DNA of 64,000 bases from Calditrichia bacterium (GTDB taxonomy: Bacteria; Calditrichota; Calditrichia; RBG-13-44-9; J075), in contig JBOEGD010000030.1 of the NCBI GenBank assembly GCA_050633245.1, positions 96,001 through 160,000 on the forward strand, given 5' to 3'. The stretch's first letter is position 1. Each line of letters opens with the position of its first letter. The notes under the pieces are model-generated. The model was not told where the DNA came from and did not search any database. It worked only from the letters and a program-made list of their open reading frames with translations. The position numbers were made by a program, and so were the translations under genes. Positions 1-8,003 of the stretch are shown piece after piece.

Positions 1-510
1 CATTGTTCGCGGATGAATCGCATTAGCAGTAGCAGCGACTCCCAACATTGGCATCAAAAGCGGCTTCAGATCGGTTCCCAGCAGGTGACGGCTGCGCACG
101 GTAATAATATTGTGTCTTAGAAACGGATGAGAAAGTAGCTCGGACTTTCCGGATTCACCCAGTAACTGATGAAGAATATGATCGACTACGCGTGTCACAT
201 CTGCAGGTGATGGCTTTTGATCATAGTACTGATGAATATAATGATGCTGTAAGCGCCGGGTTGCCGCGGCAGGATCTTTCATACAGGCTGCAGCTAAACG
301 CCATGAGGCTATCGAACCGCCCGTTAAGTGAATTGGATGCGATACGCCTTGCAGCCACTCTCCAAACAACACCTGATCGAGCTTACTAAGCAGCAACCAT
401 TTCGGCCCACCCGCCGCACCGATGATCCAGCGAATTAAGTTGGGATGCAGACCATTCTGCTCAATGCGTTCGCGTGCTTCCGCGCCAGCATACCAATGAA
501 GCATACTCAT
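1..510 (-). CDS. Patatin-like phospholipase family protein (partial, runs off the window start)
   Basis: Not in ORF track. Manual translation from ATG 510 gives MSMLHWYAGAEARERIEQNGLHPNLIRWIIGAAGGPKWL...GGSIASWRLAAAC, with a Gly-rich loop and a GxSxxxWR nucleophile motif. Confidence 0.7.
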   Translation of the reverse strand, partial: MSMLHWYAGAEARERIEQNGLHPNLIRWIIGAAGGPKWLLLSKLDQVLFGEWLQGVSHPIHLTGGSIASWRLAAACMKDPAAATRRLQHHYIHQYYDQKPSPADVTRVVDHILHQLLGESGKSELLSHPFLRHNIITVRSRHLLGTDLKPLLMPMLGVAATANAIHPRTM

Positions 511-583
511 AGGAAAGACCTTCTTACTTATGGAGTTTTCTTTGGCTAAAAGATAATGGAAGGAGAGCAAATAAACCAAGGGA

Positions 584-618
584 TCGACTGCGATTTCGAT
601 GTTTAAAATCGCAGTCGA
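584..618. terminator. Stem-loop downstream of the Trx-TPR gene
   Basis: TCGACTGCGATTT...AAATCGCAGTCGA inverted repeat. It lacks a properly placed U tract. Confidence 0.45.
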
Positions 619-624
619 AAAAAA

Positions 625-1695
625 TTAAGCCTGCGGCTTCATATATGTTGCAAGATTGTCTTTATAAGACTTCTCTTCCGGATTCAACTCGGACGCTTTC
701 TTCATTGCCTTAATGGCTGCCTCTGCATTGCCATTCGCAAAATGAAGTTGACCCAGCGTATCCCAAATCGCATCAGCTTCGGGTTCTAACTTCAGCGCTG
801 CTTCGGCAACTTCAATCGCACGGTCGTACTGCTTATCCATTTTACCTTTAAAGACAAACCAGGCATAGGCATTCATCATATTTGCGTTTTCCGGCATACG
901 CTTAATCGCGGCTTCATAGGCGGCAACGGCACCCTCGGAATCGTCGTTCCTTGCACTTTGGCGCGCGAGGCTACTATAGCTGCGCGACAGGAATGGACTA
1001 TCGTCAGGCAGAGAAGCGATCAGATTCTTTAGCTTACTCATATCACCCTTAGCGGCAGCATAACCTGCCAGACGGTATTTCGCCTCGTCCGCCAAGCCTT
1101 TCTCATTATTTGGATCTAAACTGAGAAGAGCTTCATAATACTTTGCGGCACTTTCATCATCTTTTCGCATGGAGTATTTATCGGCAATTTGCTTTGCCAA
1201 CTCTGCACTCTTATTGCTTTCAAACTGACTGGTTAAATCAGAAAGTGTGCCCGTGCCTTTGAGGTAATCTTTTACCTTCTGAACATACTCATCTTTATCG
1301 CCACCAAACCCAACCAGGCGATCAATTTCATTGCCATCTTTATCCAAAAAGATAACGGTTGGATATCCGGCAACGCTAAACTTCTTCATGAGATCCGGGC
1401 CTTCACCCTTCTCTCCATCAATTTTCATGCTAACAAAATTGGTGTTAAAAAACTCTCCTGCTTCACTGTCCTGAAAGACCGACCGGTCTAAACGTTTACA
1501 GGGACCTCACCATACGGCAAAGAAATCGAGCATCATCATTTTCTGCTTGTCGGCAGCCATTTTGGTTGTCTCATCAAATGAAGTCTTTACAAACTGGACT
1601 CCATTTGAAGCAACTTCAGTAGACGGACTTTCCGTCTCGTAGCCACCACAGGCAAGCAAAAACAACAACGCTGTTAGTAAAAGCGGCTGTTTCAT
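625..1695 (-). CDS. Thioredoxin-fold + TPR lipoprotein, probable selenoprotein (Sec at codon 63), 356 aa
   Basis: ORFs 1507..1695 and 625..1428 are in frame, joined through TGA 1509-1507: LLAC lipobox...MMLDFFAVW-U-GPCKRLDRSVF...YPTVIFLDKDGNEIDRLVGF, then C-terminal TPRs. Confidence 0.88.
1468..1505 (-). promoter_or_regulatory. Putative bacterial SECIS element
   Basis: Immediately 3' of the UGA: lower stem GUCCCUG/CAGGAC, upper stem AGACC/GGUCU, 4-nt loop GGUC starting with G, 22 nt after the UGA. Confidence 0.7.
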
Positions 1696-1820
1696 GCGTT
1701 TCTCCTCTGGTTGTTAATATGACAGGACTTAGTAGAACAAAAATAATACATCAACTTATAAATAACGTCAATATACCACAAAAGATTCATTCGCCTGCCA
1801 GAGTCAAACTCTGGTGCGAC

Positions 1821-2792
1821 TTATTTATTCTTATCGTTCTTCAAAGACTCTCGCAATGCCTTGGCATCCTGCTTTACCTTATCACTGGGACGCTTAAACA
1901 GTTTCTTTCCTTCGGCATAAACACGTGCTGGTGGCGTGCGTAAGTCCCAAACAATGCGAAACCAGGACAGCACCCGCAAACCATAATGTGCCGGATCAAA
2001 CTCCCACCAGTAAAAGCCCTGACGCTCCGAGGACGGAAAACGGTGATGGTTATTATGCCATCCTTCACCCAGGGTAATAATGGAAATCAGCAAGCTGTTG
2101 CGACTATCATCATCTGTCTTAAAACGCTTGCGCCCGTAAACATGAGTAAGCGAATTTACCGTAAAGGTGCCGTGATACAACAGCGTTGTACTGATGAAAA
2201 ATCCCCAAACCACCATTTGAAAACCCGATGTGCCGAGCTCCGGAAAAAATGAGTTCAGCGTATAACCAATTCCGTACATAATTCCAGCCAGCGTAACCGG
2301 TGGAATCCAGTAAAAACGATCCAGGAAATTCAACTCGGGAAATTTAATTAAATCTTTTACCAGCTTCGTATGCGTACATTTGTATTTATCACACAAGATC
2401 CAACCAACATGCGACCAAACAAATCCTTTTCTTGGGGAATGTATATCCTCCTCGGTGTCGGAGTGCTTGTGATGATGGCGGTGATGCGCTGCCCACCAAA
2501 GCGGGCCTTTTTGTGCAGCAGACGTCCCGAGATAAGCCATCATAAATTGAAAAACGCGGGTGGTTTTATACGTACGGTGTGAAAAATAGCGATGGTAGCC
2601 GGCAACTATTCCGAACATGCGAATACTATACGTCAACAATAATGCGACAATTGCTACCCAGCTAACGCCTGCCCATATGACTAATACGCAGGCAATGTGA
2701 ACTAAAAAAAACGGAATACCTTGAAACCAATTTGTGACTTCATCTGATGGTCGTGACATGAAGTAATCCTCAATGTTAAAACAGTTACTCAC
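1821..2792 (-). CDS. Acyl-CoA (delta-9 type) fatty acid desaturase
   Basis: His boxes HRYFSH, HRHHH and GEGWHNNHH, plus TM segments. Start codon uncertain. Confidence 0.92.
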   Translation of the reverse strand: MSNCFNIEDYFMSRPSDEVTNWFQGIPFFLVHIACVLVIWAGVSWVAIVALLLTYSIRMFGIVAGYHRYFSHRTYKTTRVFQFMMAYLGTSAAQKGPLWWAAHHRHHHKHSDTEEDIHSPRKGFVWSHVGWILCDKYKCTHTKLVKDLIKFPELNFLDRFYWIPPVTLAGIMYGIGYTLNSFFPELGTSGFQMVVWGFFISTTLLYHGTFTVNSLTHVYGRKRFKTDDDSRNSLLISIITLGEGWHNNHHRFPSSERQGFYWWEFDPAHYGLRVLSWFRIVWDLRTPPARVYAEGKKLFKRPSDKVKQDAKALRESLKNDKNK

Positions 2793-2866
2793 CGGTACAT
2801 CAACCGGCTAAACAATTCTGATTAAAAATATAGCCGTTTTAGCACGATTTACCAATCATTTTGAAA

Positions 2867-2984
2867 CAGAACTCAGAACTCAGAACTCAGAACTCAGAAC
2901 TCAGAACTCAGAACTCAGAACTCACAACTCAGAACTCAGAACTAAGAACTCAGAACTCAGAACTCAGAACTCAGAACTCAGAAC
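2867..2984. repeat. Heptamer tandem repeat (CAGAACT) x ~17
   Basis: Directly visible, with two variant units (CACAACT, AAGAACT). Followed by about 3 copies of GACAATC at 3001-3020. Confidence 0.97.
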
Positions 2985-3265
2985 AGTATAAAGTTCAATG
3001 GACAATCGACAATCGACAATATAAAGTGCAATGATTCGAAAATTAAGTTGTCAAACGAATGTGCGGCAGTAGTATCGCACAGGAGTGCTTACCAGTTGCG
3101 TGGAGCTACTGCAAAAAAGATTGCCGGGGTGGAATAATAACGTTAGATTAAAGTGATACTTCTGCCAGAACCAAATGGAACATGCGGCGTTATATTGAAT
3201 AGCAGGTGTCAGGAAGCAAAACATATCAACAAGCAGAAGAACAACTAAGAGTTGAAGCATCATTC

Positions 3266-4231
3266 ATGAATAATATATCTTCGATGAAAAACCGCGAACG
3301 AAACACATACGCAACATCAGTGGTGCTATCCATTCTGCTGCACTTGTTGCTGCTGTTTCTAATCGGTTTATTTCAACTGCTTTCTCCTTCGGCTCAGGCA
3401 CAGCCGGAAACACAACCGATCGTGCTGGAGTTCGAACAACCGGCACAGCCCCCCCCCCCACAACCAATTCAACAACAGCAGCCGCTACCGGAGAAGCTCT
3501 ATGAAGTTGTGGAAAACCCAAATGCCGATAAGCAGAAGGCATTGGATGGTTCATTGCTTGCCGCACAGTCATCGCGTTCTGCTGCACCAGACATCAGCAA
3601 ACCGGAAAAATCGCAGGCTCCTAAAACAAAGCCTGAACTAAGCAATGAGGTAACGCTACCATCTGAAGCGTCTTCAAGTGCTGAAAAAGCCCCGGAAGAA
3701 GCATTCGATATGGATGGAACAATAGAAGCATTTCTGCGCAAAAATCAGCCCCGCTTTTCCAAAAAACTCCTGACGCAAAACAAAAAAAATGACAGCGGAT
3801 CCAGCCAAAACTCAGCTCAATCCGAAACCGGATATGTTCAAACAGAGTTTGATGCTGAGTTTGTCGGTGAAATGCGATTCAACACCTACGAATGGGATTG
3901 GGCACCATGGTGGTTGAAGTTTCGCGAAAAACTCATTCGCTTTTGGGTTTTAAACGTTCCCAGTATGTATAACCGTCTTGGTCTTATAGATGGTCGCACA
4001 TATGTTACTATTCAAATTGATCAAGATGGAAAATTAATCCAGTACAAGATCAATGAACATGTTGGGCACGAATCACTCTACCACAGTAGCGTCGGAACAA
4101 TAGAAGGCGTATTTCCTTTTAAAGCACTGCCGCCTGATTTTCCCGAAGAATTTCTCGAACTTAATTTTGTTATGATATATCCTAACCTAAGAGAACTGAG
4201 CGAAAAGTATCCTGATCGATTTCGAAAATAG
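3266..4231 (+). CDS. TonB/TolA-like energy transducer
   Basis: N-terminal TM helix with SxxxH motif (SILLH), Pro/Gln-rich linker and TonB-C-like C-terminus, upstream of exbBD-like genes. Start may be 3284. Confidence 0.75.
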   Translation: MNNISSMKNRERNTYATSVVLSILLHLLLLFLIGLFQLLSPSAQAQPETQPIVLEFEQPAQPPPPQPIQQQQPLPEKLYEVVENPNADKQKALDGSLLAAQSSRSAAPDISKPEKSQAPKTKPELSNEVTLPSEASSSAEKAPEEAFDMDGTIEAFLRKNQPRFSKKLLTQNKKNDSGSSQNSAQSETGYVQTEFDAEFVGEMRFNTYEWDWAPWWLKFREKLIRFWVLNVPSMYNRLGLIDGRTYVTIQIDQDGKLIQYKINEHVGHESLYHSSVGTIEGVFPFKALPPDFPEEFLELNFVMIYPNLRELSEKYPDRFRK

Positions 4232-4280
4232 ATAATCCGTTCTCTCGATTATAGACAACTCTTTTACATACGGACAAACA

Positions 4281-4928
4281 ATGCTCGAACTATTTGAAAC
4301 AGGCGGAATAATGATGTATCCGCTGGTGTTGTGCTCTTTTCTAACGCTAACCGTGTTTTTTGAACGCCTCTGGAGTATGCGCAGAGCAAAAATAATGATA
4401 CCGGAAGTTATTACCGTTGTGGAGCAACTTAACAAGAAAGAAGACCTGAACCTGGCGAAATCCGTTTGCGAGAAGTTCGACGGTCCTTTTCCAAACATCA
4501 TTGTCTCCACAATCAACAACTTCAACCTTGCACCGGAAGACCTGCGCGTAACGGTCGAAGATGAAGGCCGCCAGCAGGTACGCACCCTGTCGCGTGGATT
4601 GAGCATACTGGAAACAGTCGCTGGAATTGCACCGCTTCTTGGTTTGCTCGGAACCGTATTGGGAATGATAGAAGTCTTTAACGTAATCGAAGAGCTCGGT
4701 GTAGGACAAGCCAAGGCACTTTCCGGTGGAATCGCTGAGGCTCTTGTAACCACAGCCACCGGACTGTTTATTGGAATCCCGGCACTAATCGCGTTTAACT
4801 ATTTCAATACGCGTTCCGAAGGCTTAATTCTTGATATCGAAAATTATGTGCTGATCCTTGTTAATAAGATCATTCATCTAAAGAATGAAGAAGCCGAGCC
4901 GGTTGAAGTGAGGTTACGCTCCGAATGA
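4281..4928 (+). CDS. exbB: MotA/TolQ/ExbB proton channel protein
   Basis: APLLGLLGTVLGMI and GIAEALVTTATGL motifs. Confidence 0.9.
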   Translation: MLELFETGGIMMYPLVLCSFLTLTVFFERLWSMRRAKIMIPEVITVVEQLNKKEDLNLAKSVCEKFDGPFPNIIVSTINNFNLAPEDLRVTVEDEGRQQVRTLSRGLSILETVAGIAPLLGLLGTVLGMIEVFNVIEELGVGQAKALSGGIAEALVTTATGLFIGIPALIAFNYFNTRSEGLILDIENYVLILVNKIIHLKNEEAEPVEVRLRSE

Positions 4929-5323
4929 AGTTAATAGACAAGCAAAAAGCAAAGGCTGTTTTGAATATTACACCGTTGATAGACGTGCTGTTTATTCTAA
5001 TCATCTTCTTTACCATCACCTCGACCTTTTTGGAGCAGCCGGGATTAAAACTGGATCTGCCCAAAGCGGCAACCGGTGAACTGCAAAAAGTAGAGAAGGC
5101 AGTACTCACTATTGCCGATGGCTCCCGAATGCAGTTTGGCGATCAAGACGTTACAAAGACCAGTCTTCCTGATATTTTGAAATCTGCCATGGAAGAACGC
5201 GGCGATAAGAGCTTAATAATCAGTGCAGATAAGAAGGTAGAACATGGGATGGTTGTGGAGATTATGGACATAGCCCGCCAGAACGGCGTAGAAAAGCTGG
5301 TTATTTCAACAGAAAGCCGATAG
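4925..5323 (+). CDS. exbD: ExbD/TolR biopolymer transport protein
   Basis: NITPLIDVLFILIIFF and ADKKVEHG motifs; ATGA overlap with exbB. Confidence 0.92.
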   Translation: MKLIDKQKAKAVLNITPLIDVLFILIIFFTITSTFLEQPGLKLDLPKAATGELQKVEKAVLTIADGSRMQFGDQDVTKTSLPDILKSAMEERGDKSLIISADKKVEHGMVVEIMDIARQNGVEKLVISTESR

Positions 5324-5329
5324 CGGTTT

Positions 5330-6199
5330 TTAATCCAGCAGCAGCTCCTGAAATGACTGCAGATTACGCACTATCGCCGAGCTGTCGATGCGAAGTTGAG
5401 AAAATCCTCGGCCACCCAGAAATGCAGACGACCGATGCATTCCGCAAAGTTCCAGAGCCTCATCCAAATACATCTGTGTCTCTTTTTGATTCATTACATA
5501 CGTGCTGCTAAAATAGACCCGATTGGGCTGTATCCGCTCGAATAGCGAAGCGAGCTTAAAGTTAGGTGTTGGCATTGCGCCCCCAAAGAACACCTCGAAC
5601 CCTCGCTCTTCCAATACATAATCTGTCATTTTCAGCGCTACGTAATGCGTATCATTTGGCAAAACCAGGCACAACACCCGCCCGCGCGTCGGATTGGGAA
5701 TACGCACAATCCCCTGTAGTCGGGAAAGCGAATCACACAGCGTATCGGTCGCCAAATGTTCATCAAGTATTTCAATTTTCCCCTCATGCCATAGAATACC
5801 AATACGATGCAGAACCGGGGTTATTAGCTCATCAAAAATTTGATGCAGCGGTACCTGACTCAAGTACAAGCCGCTCAATACCTTCTGAACCTGCTTACGT
5901 TGACTTTTCAAGGCGCACTTTTCCACATAGTCAATTAGCACAGGAAAATTCATTTTTAGAACATTCGTCGCGATTTCCACATCATCCGGACTTTCGATGG
6001 GAAACAAATTGATCTTTTTTGTTTGTGATTTGTTGTTCTGAATAAAGGCGGTAAGGTGACTCATTAAAAATTTGCGATGCCCACCTGCAGTACGGATACA
6101 TTCCAATCGACCGGCGTCTGTCCAACGTTTTACCGATGACACGTTTACGCCAAATAATTTGGCAACTTCAAGACTATTTAGACTCTTTTGCATACTCAC
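5330..6199 (-). CDS. Cobalamin-binding HTH regulator (CarH/LitR-like)
   Basis: N-terminal excisionase/MerR-type HTH (VKRWTDAGRL...TAGGHRKF), W-x9-EH motif (WHEGKIEILDEH) and DxH (DTH) in a B12-binding Rossmann domain. Confidence 0.8.
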   Translation of the reverse strand: MSMQKSLNSLEVAKLFGVNVSSVKRWTDAGRLECIRTAGGHRKFLMSHLTAFIQNNKSQTKKINLFPIESPDDVEIATNVLKMNFPVLIDYVEKCALKSQRKQVQKVLSGLYLSQVPLHQIFDELITPVLHRIGILWHEGKIEILDEHLATDTLCDSLSRLQGIVRIPNPTRGRVLCLVLPNDTHYVALKMTDYVLEERGFEVFFGGAMPTPNFKLASLFERIQPNRVYFSSTYVMNQKETQMYLDEALELCGMHRSSAFLGGRGFSQLRIDSSAIVRNLQSFQELLLD

Positions 6200-6610
6200 A
6201 CCACCTTCTACACAAGATCCAACCTGAACGATTTGCGCGAATTCATGTTACATGAAAACAACATCGTACAACTTGTGCAAGAGATTTCTTCAGGAAAAAC
6301 AGGTGTCAGGTGTCAGGCATGCGTTACTTTTTTTAGCCACTTTCTTTAATTAGAGAAGAAGAAACGACACCGTTTTCTACTTTTTCAGGGCGATTTAAAT
6401 TAAAATGTAAAAAGATTCATAACCCTGAACACTTAATGCTAATATAGATTAAAACGCCAGTAACAAGTTATCCTCTCATTGACACTTGCTTAATCAAGAG
6501 TGTTCTTCTACAAGGTATATCACGTGATGACTTTTGCGTTTTTAAGAATAGGTTAAGTAAGCCTGCTCGCTAACAAAAAGCCTTTTAAGGAGGTGAGTTA
6601 ATGTATGGCA

Positions 6611-6651
6611 TAAAAAAATGCCCATCCTGATGCGGACACATCCGGATGGGC
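6611..6651 (-). terminator. Intrinsic terminator-like hairpin on the minus strand
   Basis: Minus strand reads GCCCATCCGGATGTGTCCGCATCAGGATGGGCA followed by T7. Confidence 0.55.
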
Positions 6652-6892
6652 GAATGCAGGTAAAATACCGGTATAGGGCATTTTAATCGTTCCTACAGAG
6701 GTACAACTTACGAAAGTTTTACTTATTTCAAAGTTTTTGCCCTCTGTATTCTACCCCCTACCCCGGTCAGCCTTACAAATTCAGTATACAATTTATTTTT
6801 CAACCTCTGCTTAAATCGTTTTAAAGGAAACTCCTTATCGATTCTCTATGCAGTTGAAAAACCATATTTCAATTCAAAAAGCCGGAGTCGTT

Positions 6893-7918
6893 ATGAAAAA
6901 CTATTCATTTATTATATTACTGACCGTTTTAATCTTTTCACTTAATCCTCTATTTGCCCAGTCAAATTGGGTGCCAACCTCAAATACGATGTATTTGATA
7001 CCCACCAGTGCCAAAGTTGGGATTGGTACAACAAATCCATTGCAAAAGCTGGATGTTAACGGAGGCCTTCGTTTAACCGGTTCACTGATGGGCTATGATG
7101 CCAGCGACAAGCTATCCATCTTTCAAAACACAAATGCCGGCAACAGCCGCAGCTGGATTGAGTTATGGGATCAGGATGGAGCCGGCAGCAGAATTGGTGA
7201 GCTAACCATGGCCGGCACTTATGTAGATCTGCGCTATGGCTCAACAAACGTCAGTTCCGGTTCTACTGGCTTGCGCCTCAACAGTAGCGGAAATGTTGGG
7301 ATTGGTACAACAAATCCTCAGGACAAGCTGCATGTGGCAGGAGCACTTCGATTAGATAGTAATATTCGTAGAAACCTTACCGGAACAAGCGGCACGGCAT
7401 GGGGAATTTATAGTGAAACAGGATCCACTAACAGCCGTGCCTGGATTGAATTCTGGCGGCAAAACAATTCTGGTAGCAGGATAGGTGAGCTTACCCTTGC
7501 AGGAACCTATATCGATTTCTTTTACAACTCCACAAGTACAGGTGCTGGAAGTGTTGGGATGCGACTTAACTCCAGTGGAAATGTTGGTATCGGTACAATT
7601 GGAGATATTACTGAGAAGCTAACAGTTAATGGCACTGTTCGCGCAGAAGAAGTGATTGTTGAAAATATAAGTGCAGACTTCGTCTTTGAAGATGACTATA
7701 AACTGCGCTCGCTTGAAGAAGTGGAAAGTTTTATAGAAGAGAATAAGCATTTACCCGACATGCTCCCCGCTATAGAGATGGAAAAAGGCATTGGCGTCAG
7801 CGAAATGCAAACTCTCCTGTTGCAAAAAGTGGAAGAACTCACCCTTTATTTAATCGAAATCAAAAAAGAAAACGTGGAGCTGCGTAAGCACATTACAACT
7901 ACACAGGTAGGCAATTAG
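6893..7918 (+). CDS. Secreted GNVGIGT-repeat fibre-like protein with C-terminal chaperone/coiled-coil domain
   Basis: Signal peptide, three (K/N)VGIGT motifs, ADFVFEDDYKLRSLEEVESFI...LLQKVEELTLY tail typical of FCB fibre-like proteins. Confidence 0.7.
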   Translation: MKNYSFIILLTVLIFSLNPLFAQSNWVPTSNTMYLIPTSAKVGIGTTNPLQKLDVNGGLRLTGSLMGYDASDKLSIFQNTNAGNSRSWIELWDQDGAGSRIGELTMAGTYVDLRYGSTNVSSGSTGLRLNSSGNVGIGTTNPQDKLHVAGALRLDSNIRRNLTGTSGTAWGIYSETGSTNSRAWIEFWRQNNSGSRIGELTLAGTYIDFFYNSTSTGAGSVGMRLNSSGNVGIGTIGDITEKLTVNGTVRAEEVIVENISADFVFEDDYKLRSLEEVESFIEENKHLPDMLPAIEMEKGIGVSEMQTLLLQKVEELTLYLIEIKKENVELRKHITTTQVGN

Positions 7919-8003
7919 TCATTTAAACATTCTCTTCAACATAAAAGATTTTTTATAAATCCTGATATAAATAACTCTGATAATAGTTTGGAGAACCATT
8001 ACG

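Noticed and set aside
2867-2984. CRISPR or coding repeat
   Set aside because: Pure tandem heptamer without spacers or a supported ORF.
6893-7918. Prophage tail fibre
   Set aside because: Has a signal peptide, and no phage structural, integrase or packaging genes lie nearby.
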